Source of the DNA: an uncultured Bdellovibrionales bacterium
Lineage (GTDB): Bacteria > Patescibacteriota > Minisyncoccia > Moranbacterales > UBA1568
Length of the DNA: 63,847 nucleotides
Reading direction: 5' to 3'
NCBI GenBank assembly: GCA_964420045.1
Contig: CAYQPQ010000003.1
Coordinates: 1 to 63,847 of the forward strand
The translations under genes and the position numbers were made by a program. Shown piece after piece: positions 52,970-62,508 of this stretch. Numbering within the stretch: position 1 is the first letter of the stretch; the number at the start of each line of letters is the position of its first letter. The notes beneath the pieces are model-generated. The model was not told where the DNA came from and did no database searches. It was given only the letters and a program-made list of their open reading frames with translations.

Positions 52970-54276
52970 GAAGCATTCGAGACAATCTTCTCTCCTTCGG
53001 AAAGTCCCGAACGAATCTCTATCTGACCGTCATCACCTCGAAGGCCCGTCGACACTTCGCGTTCTTCGATTGATCCGTCCAATGCGAGCACCTTTGCGAA
53101 AAACTTCCCATTCTCCTCGCGCAGCAGTCGCGAAGGAATTTCAAGCACATTCTTTCGTTCGTCGATATGAATGTCCGAATCGCCGCTCATGCCCGGTTTG
53201 AGGCGCGCGTCAACCGACGGAAGGCGTAGCTTCACGATATAATATACGACATCCTGAATAATGGTCGCATCCGGTTTGATCTCAATCACTTCCGCCGGCA
53301 ATATATTATCCGATGCGAATGCATCAAAAGAAATTCCCGCCGATTGACCGAGTTTTACTTTCGTAATATCCGATTCCGGAACTTTCGCTTCGAGCACCAG
53401 ATCGTAAGAGAGCAGTTTCCCGAAAGCGCCCGACACCGCCGTTCCAACAACCTCTCCTTTCGAGAAATTTACCTTGGTCACGAGTCCGTTTACCGGAGCA
53501 ACAATGTCTGCCTTCTTGGCATTTGCAGTCGCGATAGCATAAGCCGCTTCCGCCGATCGAATAGCGCTCGTTTCGATAGTTGTTTGTGCCGAAGATTCCA
53601 GCGTATCGGTTTTCTCTCGCGCCGCATCCCACGAGTTTTTTGCGGAACGAGTTGCTGTGTCTCGGTTTTTCTGTGCCGTATCTCGCGCTTCATCCGCCGC
53701 TTTCCGCGCATTGGTTGCCGCCGTGAAGGTAAGCTTCGCGCTCTTTGCCGTCGAACTCGACGCCCCGCTATCCGACACTACTTGGTTGTAATATGATTCG
53801 GCATCATCTTCGTACTCTTTTGCGCTTTCATAGGCTGCATCTGCCGCGCTTACCTTTTGATCCTCCGCCTCCTTCACGGTGTCATAGTACGCTTTCAGAT
53901 TTTTCTCGCTCTCTTGCGCCTCACGAAGCGTATGGTCGCTCATACTGGCATCGGCTTTCGCCCGATCCAGCGCCGCAGCTGCCCGATCCACTTCCCCCTG
54001 CAATGTTGCCGATTCGAGGGATGCGAGAGTCTCACCCGCCGCAACTTTTTGCCCTTCTTTAACAGAGACTGACCGGATACGTCCGGCTATTTCAAAATTC
54101 AAGTCGATCTCATCGGAAGCAACGAGCGAAACGCTTGCCGACACCGTTTCCGTCACATCCCCTCTCGCCACAGACACCGTCTCATAGTTTGGCGTCGCCG
54201 ACGATTTCTTCCAATACCAAAACCCGCCACCAAGAATCACCATCACGACAATAAACAGCCACCGTTTGAATTTCAT
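52966..54276 (-). CDS. HlyD/MacA-family membrane-fusion (periplasmic adaptor) protein
   Basis: ATG 54276 (MKFKRWLFIVVMVILGG); the listed ORF extends to 54330 and overlaps rnhA. Lipoyl-like ARGDV...IAGRI..V.VKEGQKV.AG, a long Ala/Glu coiled coil, and IVAPVNGLVT. Confidence 0.8.
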   Translation of the reverse strand: MKFKRWLFIVVMVILGGGFWYWKKSSATPNYETVSVARGDVTETVSASVSLVASDEIDLNFEIAGRIRSVSVKEGQKVAAGETLASLESATLQGEVDRAAAALDRAKADASMSDHTLREAQESEKNLKAYYDTVKEAEDQKVSAADAAYESAKEYEDDAESYYNQVVSDSGASSSTAKSAKLTFTAATNARKAADEARDTAQKNRDTATRSAKNSWDAAREKTDTLESSAQTTIETSAIRSAEAAYAIATANAKKADIVAPVNGLVTKVNFSKGEVVGTAVSGAFGKLLSYDLVLEAKVPESDITKVKLGQSAGISFDAFASDNILPAEVIEIKPDATIIQDVVYYIVKLRLPSVDARLKPGMSGDSDIHIDERKNVLEIPSRLLREENGKFFAKVLALDGSIEEREVSTGLRGDDGQIEIRSGLSEGEKIVSNAS

Positions 54277-54289
54277 AGAAGCATATTCC

Positions 54290-54724
54290 CTATTGTTTCT
54301 GTTCCCCGGCCGCCTTGTCCAAAGCTTCATTCACCATACGATCTGCCTCTTTATTCTCTTCACGCGGAACATGATGAAAACTCACTTTCGCAAACTTCGG
54401 AATCTCTTCCTGAATAAGTGAAAACCAGTGTTTCATATGCGGATGCTTCACGCGATACCGCCCCGTAAGCTGTCGCATCGCAAGCTCACTGTCCATCCGA
54501 CATTCGAGATGCATCTCACGCGCGCGTGTCGTCCCGACAATTTCAACCGCCCGCTTCATTCCGGAAAGGATTGCCGCATACTCCGCCTCATTATTTGTCC
54601 CCGTTCCCAAGAACTCTCCAAATCGCACATCGAGCGTCTCCAGAAACACCCCCAACGCCGAAGGTCCCGGATTCCCCCTCGACCCCCCATCTGTATACAT
54701 CACAATCGTTTCCATCCCAGACAA
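54290..54724 (-). CDS. rnhA: Ribonuclease HI
   Basis: YTDGGSRGNPGPSA, TNNEAEYAA, MDSEL, PREENKEADRM. Confidence 0.85.
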   Translation of the reverse strand: MSGMETIVMYTDGGSRGNPGPSALGVFLETLDVRFGEFLGTGTNNEAEYAAILSGMKRAVEIVGTTRAREMHLECRMDSELAMRQLTGRYRVKHPHMKHWFSLIQEEIPKFAKVSFHHVPREENKEADRMVNEALDKAAGEQKQ

Positions 54725-54777
54725 TGCAAGAAATTATTCGAACATTCTTTTCCTGGAGTATATCACTTTTTCTCCCC

Positions 54778-54825
54778 AAAAGAAAAACGCCACGCACTCT
54801 CGTAGATTAAAAACGAGTGCGTGGC
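54778..54825 (-). terminator. Rho-independent terminator ending the recJ-orphan transcription unit
   Basis: Perfect 11-bp stem GCCACGCACTC (54789-54799) / GAGTGCGTGGC (54815-54825), followed on the minus strand by GTTTTTCTTTT. Confidence 0.65.
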
Positions 54826-54885
54826 TAAACTGATGATCAATAACTTTCCCAATCATGAGAGATTTCCTCTTATTCCCCAGTTCGG

Positions 54886-55347
54886 TTAGTGAGAAGATGC
54901 CAGAAACAAGCGAGCATCCTTATTGTCAAGCGAGAAAAACCGGCGACGAAACCAGCTCATCCTGCTTGTCACATATTCATAATCGCCCTGATGTCTCCAT
55001 GCTATAAAGAGTTGAAGCAATATGTACGCTTCAGGATGTAGAGGGATATGCCCCTGCTTCTTGTAGTGTTCTCTCAAGAGCGGAAATTCCTTCAGAAGAG
55101 CATGAAGCCCCCCATGAAGACAGAACCACCCCACCAAAATAGCTTGTCCGCAATAATGGTGAGCAGGATCAAGCGAAAGATTGACGGCGGCAAAATACCG
55201 ATTCATAGGATCAAATGCTCGTTCTCCCATACGACGACAGAACTCCTTCTCCTGTTGCTTTAGCTCTTGCTGCTTGCGATACCATGCGCAAAGTTGCATT
55301 TCCCACGGCTCCATTATTCGTGAGTATTCTTGAAGGTACCTATGCAT
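54886..55347 (-). CDS. Hypothetical protein, Trp/His/Cys-rich (153 aa)
   Basis: Open frame with RBS GGAGGGA 4 nt upstream of the ATG. No recognisable motif. Confidence 0.5.
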   Translation of the reverse strand: MHRYLQEYSRIMEPWEMQLCAWYRKQQELKQQEKEFCRRMGERAFDPMNRYFAAVNLSLDPAHHYCGQAILVGWFCLHGGLHALLKEFPLLREHYKKQGHIPLHPEAYILLQLFIAWRHQGDYEYVTSRMSWFRRRFFSLDNKDARLFLASSH

Positions 55348-55511
55348 CTTTCCCTCCTCGAGCTTGTTCTAGCCCTTCTTGTGGGTTGATTTTCGGTAAC
55401 AAAAACCACCTCTACGGCGGGGGCATGTTCAATCAATCGGACATGTCGGGGTCGTTGTGATGATTTCCCGGGTTGTGAAGGAACGAAACCCCTTCACGTA
55501 CTACCCTCGTT

Positions 55512-57218
55512 CTAGTCCTCTTTCCGCGCCATGTCAAGTACTCTGAATTCCAGCTTTGTTGAGCCATTCCATCGATTCTCCTCGAGATGAAAAACCACAT
55601 CCACTCGCTCGCCTGTCCGAAGATGTCCCCACTCAGCTCCCATGCCAAATCCGATCGCGCCAAAGACGCCGTTCTCGGTCTGAAAAGAGAGCTTGAGATG
55701 CTTCTCGCCATTCCCCACAAAGCGCACGGCTTCAACAAGAACATCGCGAAGCAACAAGGTTGGTTCCGGATTGCCCATGCCGAAGGGACCGAGCTTTTTC
55801 AGGCGATTGAAGAATTCCGGCGTGATATGAAACGCCGATATCTCGAGATCGATATCCCGCCGAACCGTCATATCCGTCTCGGCCAGTTTTCGATTAACAA
55901 TCGACTCGAGCTTCTCGGAAAAAGCGTCGAGGTGTTCATTGAGAATCGTCGCGCCCGCCGCTTGACTGTGCCCGCCGAACCGAACCAGAAGCTCCGAACA
56001 TTCTCCGATCGCTTCGATAATGCTGAGTGCCGGGATACTTCGAAATGATCCGGTACTTTCTGTCTCACCCCGATGGAAAACCGCCGTTGGCTTCCCAAGC
56101 TCATGAGCGATCTTTCCCGCGACGAGCCCGGCGACACCGAGTGGAAACTGCTCTCCCGCCGCAAAGATAAGCTTGCGATCGCGATACGTTGTTTCTGCAA
56201 GCGCACGAACATCCTGCGCCGCCTGCTCGCTCACTTTCTGCCGAGCGCGATTCTGCTCTTCGAGCTCAAGTGCAAGGAGTCTCCCTTCCGGTCGTTTCTC
56301 GGTCATCAAAAGCTCATGCGATGTTTTCGCATGCGCCATACGACTCGCCGCGTTGATACGCGGAGCGATTTGAAAGGCAATCGTCTGCGCGGTTGGCACA
56401 TGATCTTCGTCAATTGGAATCTTCCCCACGGCGAACATCTCTTGCAGTCCCACATGTCGCGTCTTGGAAAGCACAATGAGTCCGTATTTCACAAGCACGC
56501 GATTCTCTCCAAGGAGCGGCATACAGTCCGCCACCGTGCCGATTGCCGCAATATCAAGCAGCCACTTGATTTCATCCGCCTTGTCGGGGAGAAAGACCTC
56601 GTAGATCGCTCGTGCCACCGTAAACGTCGTTCCGGCGCCGCACAGCTCGGTAAAAGGATACTGTGATCCCGGCAGTTTCGGATTCACAATGGCAAACGCC
56701 TCCGGAAGCTCTTCCGGCACATGGTGATGGTCAATGACGATCACTTCCATTCCGCGAGACACGGCGTCGCGTATTTCCGCATGGTTCATCATGCCGCAGT
56801 CGACCGTAAACACGAGTTTCGCTCCCGCCCGCTCAAAGGCATCGAGCGCATTCGGGTGAAGCCCATGCCCTTCGGTCAACTTGTCGGGAATATATGGAAT
56901 AACTGAGAGATCGAGACGCTGCAAAACTTTCCGGAGAATCACCGACGACGTAATGCCATCGGCATCATAATCGCCAAATATCCCGACGGTCTCTTTTCTC
57001 TCGCGAGCAACTCGTATCCGATCGATAATTTTCGACATGTCGGCAAACAGAAACGGATCATGAAGATCCGTGTCATAATTCGGCATCAAGAACCTCTTCC
57101 GATCATCCTCGGTTACCACACCGCGAAGCTCAAGCAATGACGCTATCGGGTCTCGAGCCAACAAACCACCGTTCGCTCCGCCCGGAAGCGAACATCGTAT
57201 ATTCCACAGGTGATTCAT
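55512..57218 (-). CDS. recJ: Single-stranded-DNA-specific exonuclease RecJ
   Basis: GIFGDYDADGITSS, VIVIDHHHV, DHH/DHHA1 layout. 568 aa. Confidence 0.9.
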   Translation of the reverse strand: MNHLWNIRCSLPGGANGGLLARDPIASLLELRGVVTEDDRKRFLMPNYDTDLHDPFLFADMSKIIDRIRVARERKETVGIFGDYDADGITSSVILRKVLQRLDLSVIPYIPDKLTEGHGLHPNALDAFERAGAKLVFTVDCGMMNHAEIRDAVSRGMEVIVIDHHHVPEELPEAFAIVNPKLPGSQYPFTELCGAGTTFTVARAIYEVFLPDKADEIKWLLDIAAIGTVADCMPLLGENRVLVKYGLIVLSKTRHVGLQEMFAVGKIPIDEDHVPTAQTIAFQIAPRINAASRMAHAKTSHELLMTEKRPEGRLLALELEEQNRARQKVSEQAAQDVRALAETTYRDRKLIFAAGEQFPLGVAGLVAGKIAHELGKPTAVFHRGETESTGSFRSIPALSIIEAIGECSELLVRFGGHSQAAGATILNEHLDAFSEKLESIVNRKLAETDMTVRRDIDLEISAFHITPEFFNRLKKLGPFGMGNPEPTLLLRDVLVEAVRFVGNGEKHLKLSFQTENGVFGAIGFGMGAEWGHLRTGERVDVVFHLEENRWNGSTKLEFRVLDMARKED

Positions 57219-57229
57219 AGAGAGGAAAT

Positions 57230-57589
57230 TCAGAAACGGGCGCTTTCATCCAGCGTGAGCTTCTTTTTGATGCTGCGCGCACCGCGCCGAGTAAGCGACC
57301 CCTCGCGGTCTTTTGTCTCGGTAATCTGTCGCGCTATATCGTCAATAACAACGTCAGCTGACGCCTCGACACTTTCACTCGTCTCTTCCGCACGGAAAAG
57401 TTTTTGTTTCGGCACATCCACCATAACTTCAACGCGGAATTTTCCCTGCTTGTTTCGATCAACCTCCACCTCAAGCTTCGACGAAGCGGGCACCAATTTC
57501 TCAACACGAAGCAATCGCTTTGCCACGTACTGCATGGTTTTTCCGTCCAACTCCACCCCTTGAAACAAAAATCGTGTTTTCATAGGCAA
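57230..57589 (-). CDS. hpf: Ribosome hibernation factor HPF/RaiA (short form)
   Basis: 119 aa. GVELDGKTMQYVAKRLLRVEKL...LEVEVDRNKQGKFRVEVMV pattern. Confidence 0.8.
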   Translation of the reverse strand: MPMKTRFLFQGVELDGKTMQYVAKRLLRVEKLVPASSKLEVEVDRNKQGKFRVEVMVDVPKQKLFRAEETSESVEASADVVIDDIARQITETKDREGSLTRRGARSIKKKLTLDESARF

Positions 57590-57664
57590 ACGTTACGGGA
57601 TTATGTTTCCTCCTCGGGAATACAGTATACCACACCGAAAGACCGCTCAGAATATCCGGGCGCT

Positions 57665-58600
57665 TCAAAACCCAACCATCTGCACTTCTTCCTGGAGACG
57701 GACATTCGCCTCGGTGCGAACCCGCTGCTTGATAAGACTCGTGAGAATAAGAATGCTTTCCGCTGTCGCCGTGCCGGTATTGATAATATAGTTCGGATGA
57801 ATATCACTTACTTTGGCGCCGCCGATTTCCTTGCCGCGCAGTCCCACATGATCAATCACCCACCCGGCAGGCAGTTTATCATCCTTCACTGGCATACCGG
57901 TATCGAGTTCGAACTCTTTACGAAGCGATGCGTCAGAGACCGTCGGATTCATAAAGAACGAGCCGGCACACAGCAAGCGTTGCGGATGCTTCATCTCGCG
58001 CGTCGCAATGGTTTCGCGCATAATATGCTCCAAATCGTCCGGCGACTGTCCGGGAACAAGCATAAGTTCCGCCGACAAGACAATCAGCTCCGGATGTTTT
58101 TTGAAGTGACTCATTCGATAAGAAAATTCGCACGCATTCTTCGGATACGTTCGAATTTCCAATGTATTGCGGTCGAGCGCGCGAACCAAGGTTACCGCCG
58201 ACGCTGTTTCCGCTCCGAATGCTCCGGCATTGCCGCGCACCGCACCACCGATCGTGCCCGGTATCCCGGCGAGCCGTTCGATACCGCCATAGCCGTGATC
58301 TCGCGCGCATTCCACTGCCGAATGAAGCGCCACTCCGGCGCCGACCCGAAGCCGCCCCTCACCAAGATCTGCAAGATCGTTCATCTCGATCTTGATCACC
58401 AGACCATCCCAACCGCTGTCCGAAAACAGCACATTGCTTCCACCTCCCAAGACAAAAACGTTCACTTTCTTTTCTTTCGCCCACTGAAGCGCCTCAATTG
58501 TATCAGCCTCGGTTTTTGCCTCGACGAAATATCGCGCCTTCCCGCCCACTCGAAACGTCGTAAGCGGATGCAAATCAATATATTCCTGCGGAGTTATCAT
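57665..58600 (-). CDS. murB: UDP-N-acetylenolpyruvoylglucosamine reductase
   Basis: HPLTTFRVGGKARYF, VFVLGGGSNVLF, AGIPGTIGGA, GSFFMNP. Confidence 0.9.
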   Translation of the reverse strand: MITPQEYIDLHPLTTFRVGGKARYFVEAKTEADTIEALQWAKEKKVNVFVLGGGSNVLFSDSGWDGLVIKIEMNDLADLGEGRLRVGAGVALHSAVECARDHGYGGIERLAGIPGTIGGAVRGNAGAFGAETASAVTLVRALDRNTLEIRTYPKNACEFSYRMSHFKKHPELIVLSAELMLVPGQSPDDLEHIMRETIATREMKHPQRLLCAGSFFMNPTVSDASLRKEFELDTGMPVKDDKLPAGWVIDHVGLRGKEIGGAKVSDIHPNYIINTGTATAESILILTSLIKQRVRTEANVRLQEEVQMVGF

Positions 58601-58679
58601 AAGGGTTTGTTCTCTAGATCTCTAGTCAAAATTCAAAAGTAACCGTCCCGGAGCAATGCTCACGCAAAAAATGAATTTC

Positions 58680-60077
58680 TCATGAAAGCACGCCCGTTCC
58701 CACACGCCACACATCGCCCGCGCCCAACGTCACCACAAGGTCATCCGGTCCCAGAGATTCCTTGAGCGTCTCGATGACCGCTTCTGGAGTCGGAATGTGC
58801 AGAGCCTGCTCGCGACGATAACGATTCATAAGCGCAACCAGGTCAGCCGAAGACACACCGCCCGCGGTCTCACGAGCACTCCCGTAAATATCGAGCACGA
58901 TCACGCGATCCGCCGCATCAAAACTCTGCGCGAAATCTTCAAGCAATGCCTTGGTTCGCGAAAACGTATGCGGATGGAAAACGGCGATAATATTCCGTGT
59001 CGGAAAAAGTTCACGAAAAGCGGCGAGCGTTGCGCGAATTTCTTCGGGATGATGTGCATAGTCATCATACACCGGTGCGCCCCGATATTCCCCCACTCGT
59101 TCAAAGCGCCGCGCCGTCCCGAAGAAATGTTCCATACCCCGACGAATATCGTCCACATCAAACTTGAGCGCGAGAAGCAATGCCGCAACGGCCGCTGCAT
59201 TCTGCGCATTGTGCTTTCCTGCAAGACGGAGACGAAACAATCCAAGATCGTGTTCTCCTTCAAAAAGATGGAACTGTTGGTGAAAGGATCCCTCAAGCAA
59301 CGGTTCGTAATCAACGATACGAATATCGTTCTCGGGCAGAAATCCATACGAACGCTTCTGCGCCCGCGAAACTGACACCACATCGGCGACCGATGCGCTG
59401 TCTCCGCAAAAAATCAGGAATCCGTGCGGCGGAATACGCCGAAGAAGCGCACGAAATGTTTCGGCGTATGATTGCATATCCGGGAAAAAGTCCGGGTGAT
59501 CCCAGTCGAGACTCGTCAGAATGACGCTCCATGGTTCATAATGTCGCAGTTTGTTCTGATATTCATCCGCTTCCAACACGAAGTATTTTCCCGATCCCAA
59601 GAGCGCATTACCGCCCCAACTTGAAATGGAGCTCCCTACCAGCGCGAGCGGATCGGCATGAAGTGCCTTCAGTGTTTCCGCAAGCAGGGCGCTCGTCGTC
59701 GTTTTGCCATGCGTGCCGGAGACGAGAATGGAGAGTCGCTCTCGAGTCAACTCACCGACCGCTTCTGGATAACTCATCACACAAATATCAGACGTGGCGG
59801 CGCGAGCATAGGCGGCAGCGAGCTCCTCATTATTCTCGGGCGTATAGGCCGTCGAATAGATAATACAATCAGCGTCATCCGGGATATTCTTTGGAGAGAA
59901 CCCCTCCGTAAAACGAATACCGCGCCGGCGAAGCACCTCGTCGGTAAAAAAATGCTCGTGTGTATCAGAGCCACCGACGAGTAGTGAGCGACCGGAAAGA
60001 ATCTCCGCGAGCGCCGCCATACCGGCGCCCTTGATTCCGATCATATGCACCCGTATCACATCGGCAAAAGATTTCAT
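58680..60077 (-). CDS. murC: UDP-N-acetylmuramate--L-alanine ligase
   Basis: VHMIGIKGAGMAALAEIL, VSGTHGKTTT, DDYAHHP. Confidence 0.92.
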   Translation of the reverse strand: MKSFADVIRVHMIGIKGAGMAALAEILSGRSLLVGGSDTHEHFFTDEVLRRRGIRFTEGFSPKNIPDDADCIIYSTAYTPENNEELAAAYARAATSDICVMSYPEAVGELTRERLSILVSGTHGKTTTSALLAETLKALHADPLALVGSSISSWGGNALLGSGKYFVLEADEYQNKLRHYEPWSVILTSLDWDHPDFFPDMQSYAETFRALLRRIPPHGFLIFCGDSASVADVVSVSRAQKRSYGFLPENDIRIVDYEPLLEGSFHQQFHLFEGEHDLGLFRLRLAGKHNAQNAAAVAALLLALKFDVDDIRRGMEHFFGTARRFERVGEYRGAPVYDDYAHHPEEIRATLAAFRELFPTRNIIAVFHPHTFSRTKALLEDFAQSFDAADRVIVLDIYGSARETAGGVSSADLVALMNRYRREQALHIPTPEAVIETLKESLGPDDLVVTLGAGDVWRVGTGVLS

Positions 60078-60113
60078 AGGCAGTGTATCGGCGCGTATAT
60101 CGATATATTTTCA

Positions 60114-61295
60114 CTATCGCCGGAAGAAAGAAATCAATCGATCAAAAGCCGTGACGCGAGCTTCTCGATCGTGAATCAGTGTCGCCACAGATTCAGCAAT
60201 ACGCGCCGACGCATCAGCATGATAGAATCCACGGATCGAAGCGGCCATCTTTTGACGCAACGCCGCATCATCCAAGAGCTCTTCTATTTTGCCCGCGAGA
60301 AGATTTTCACCAAGGTTACTCTCCTCCAAAACGAGAGCGCCGCCGGCACGCGCAATTTCATAGGCATTCATGCGTTGTTCATCATTAGCCGCCGAAGGAA
60401 GCGGGATGAGTATCGCCGGCTTCCCCACCGCTGCAATTTCGGAAATGGTATTCGCCCCCGCCCGCGAAACAATCAAATCCGCCAGTGCAAATGCGTCGGA
60501 AAGTTCGCCCGTATCAAAGAAGGGCGCCATATGAATTTTCCCGGACGCATCACCAAGTGCATGCTCCTCAAAACGCGAACGCGTTTCGTCATAGTTCGCT
60601 TGCCCCGTCTGATGAATCACAAAGAATCGCTCGAGAAGCCTCGGGAGAATGCGCACTATCGCCCGATTAATCGCTTGCGATCCCAAGCTCCCGCCAAGCA
60701 CCAGAAGCACCAGCTTCCCCGGCGGACATCCGAACCGCCCACGCGCACGGTCAACATTACCCATAAGAAGCCCTTCGCGTATCGGATTCCCCGTAATAGC
60801 CACTCGAGAAGGCTCGAAGAACTTGGTTGCCGACGGATATGCAACAGCGATGCGATCCGCAAATTTCCCCATGATGCGATTGGCAACACCCGGCGTCGCA
60901 TCGGAATCCTGCGTGAGAATCGGAATCCGATAGACCCATGCCGCAAAAACAACCGGCACTGCCGCATAGGCACCTTTGGAAAAGACCGCGTCCGGCATGT
61001 GCCGGTATAAATAGTAGAGCGACTGGAAGAATCCGGCGATATTCCTGAACACATCGCTCACATTTCGCAGATCAAAATAGCGCCGCCACTTGCCGCTCAA
61101 AATGCGAATTGATGCGATACCCGCCTCGCTAATGATCTTCTGCTCCAATTCGCCCGCCGGACCAAAATATAAAAGCTCAGTATTCTCGCCAAGCTGCGCA
61201 CGAATCTCTTTGGCAACCGGAATAAGCGGGAAAATGTGTCCTCCGGTCCCGCCGCCTGCGAGCACAATACGATATGTTTTGTTCATAGGATACAA
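60114..61295 (-). CDS. murG: Undecaprenyldiphospho-muramoylpentapeptide beta-N-acetylglucosaminyltransferase
   Basis: VLAGGGTGGHIFPLIPVA, VLGGSLGS, SRAGANTISE. Confidence 0.9.
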   Translation of the reverse strand: MYPMNKTYRIVLAGGGTGGHIFPLIPVAKEIRAQLGENTELLYFGPAGELEQKIISEAGIASIRILSGKWRRYFDLRNVSDVFRNIAGFFQSLYYLYRHMPDAVFSKGAYAAVPVVFAAWVYRIPILTQDSDATPGVANRIMGKFADRIAVAYPSATKFFEPSRVAITGNPIREGLLMGNVDRARGRFGCPPGKLVLLVLGGSLGSQAINRAIVRILPRLLERFFVIHQTGQANYDETRSRFEEHALGDASGKIHMAPFFDTGELSDAFALADLIVSRAGANTISEIAAVGKPAILIPLPSAANDEQRMNAYEIARAGGALVLEESNLGENLLAGKIEELLDDAALRQKMAASIRGFYHADASARIAESVATLIHDREARVTAFDRLISFFRR

Positions 61296-61302
61296 TGCTG
61301 GT

Positions 61303-62508
61303 CTAGTGTTCCTTTAGTGTAGAATCTTTCCCAATCCGTATCAAGATGCCCATAGCCGCCATAAGAAAGACAATAGAAGTTCCTCCATAGCTCACGAACG
61401 GCAACGGAATGCCTGTGAGCGGAATCAGAGCGGTTGCTGCCGCGATATTGATAAACGCCTGAAAAATGACCCACGACACGATACCCGCTGCCGCGTAGCG
61501 TCCGAAGTCATCCGGAGCCTGGCGCGCAATGCGCAATCCCTGCCACGCAATAAATACAAAAAGCGCAATCAGCAACACCGAGACGAAAAATCCCCATTCT
61601 TCGGAGAAGATGGCAAAGATGGAATCCGTCACCGGCTCCGGAAGATAATTGAACTTTTGCCGACTGAGTCCGAGTCCGAGTCCGAAGAGTCCGCCGCTTC
61701 CGATCGCAATAAGCGCCTGATTCACCTGATAACCCGCTCCCTTGGGATCGAAATCCGGATTCATAAAGACCAGAAATCGCTGCAGCCGGTAGGGCGCCAC
61801 CTTGATAAGAATCGCGAGCATCGCCATGCCAGAGAGGAACAGCCCGAAGAGATGGGAAACTTTCGCACCCGCAATAAAGTACACCGAAACGGCAATAAGA
61901 AAGATGAGCCCGAAGGTTCCCGTGTCAGGCTGCTTCATAATGAGGAAACCAACAAGGCCCAACACCACAAGGAACGGCACCAGATCCTCGATAAAGTCTC
62001 CCACCATCTTCCGATCCTTCCGCGAAAACCATGCCGCGAGATAGAGCACGAAAGCAAACTTCGCCATCTCCGACGGCTGAAAAGAGAACGCTCCGATAGA
62101 AAGCCAGCGACTCGCTCCGTATACACGATCCCCGACGCCGGGAATCAAAACCGCGATAAGCGCAAGAACCGTCACAGCAAAGAGCGGAAAAGCGAGCCGC
62201 CGCCACACGCGATAGTCAACGTATTGAAAGACAAAGAGCGCAATCAGTCCAACTCCGACCCCAAGGAGTTGCCGCTTCAAAAAGAAATAGTCGTCGCCGA
62301 ACCGCGTCTCGCCATAGAAAACGCCGGCGCTCGCAATGGTGACGAGTCCGATCACCACCAGCGCCAAAACCGAAAACAAGAGGCTGCGATTCTGAAACGA
62401 AGATGAGGAAGAATGAGAAACCGATCGCACAGAAGTGTGTATTTGTCTTGAATTAAAAGACGGCGCACAGAAACAAAAGGAGTTCTTGGCATTACGCCGG
62501 CGAAGCAT
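61303..62508 (-). CDS. ftsW: SEDS-family peptidoglycan polymerase FtsW/RodA
   Basis: Ten-TM SEDS pattern ([35 protein letters not shown]). ATG 62508 preferred; the listed ORF start 62697 lies deep inside trmD. Confidence 0.85.
   Translation of the reverse strand: MLRRRNAKNSFCFCAPSFNSRQIHTSVRSVSHSSSSSFQNRSLLFSVLALVVIGLVTIASAGVFYGETRFGDDYFFLKRQLLGVGVGLIALFVFQYVDYRVWRRLAFPLFAVTVLALIAVLIPGVGDRVYGASRWLSIGAFSFQPSEMAKFAFVLYLAAWFSRKDRKMVGDFIEDLVPFLVVLGLVGFLIMKQPDTGTFGLIFLIAVSVYFIAGAKVSHLFGLFLSGMAMLAILIKVAPYRLQRFLVFMNPDFDPKGAGYQVNQALIAIGSGGLFGLGLGLSRQKFNYLPEPVTDSIFAIFSEEWGFFVSVLLIALFVFIAWQGLRIARQAPDDFGRYAAAGIVSWVIFQAFINIAAATALIPLTGIPLPFVSYGGTSIVFLMAAMGILIRIGKDSTLKEH

Noticed and set aside
55475-55497. 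Hairpin after recJ as an intrinsic terminator
   Set aside because: The stem GTGAAGG/CCTTCAC is not followed by a U-tract on the transcribed (minus) strand. It was kept only as part of a possible structured spacer.
57404-58642. A 412-aa plus-strand ORF antisense to murB and hpf
   Set aside because: Low-complexity Arg/His-rich translation. murB motifs on the minus strand account for the region.
60045-62406. Long plus-strand ORFs (60045-61010, 61657-62406) antisense to murG and ftsW
   Set aside because: Basic, repetitive translations without motifs. The minus-strand genes are well supported.
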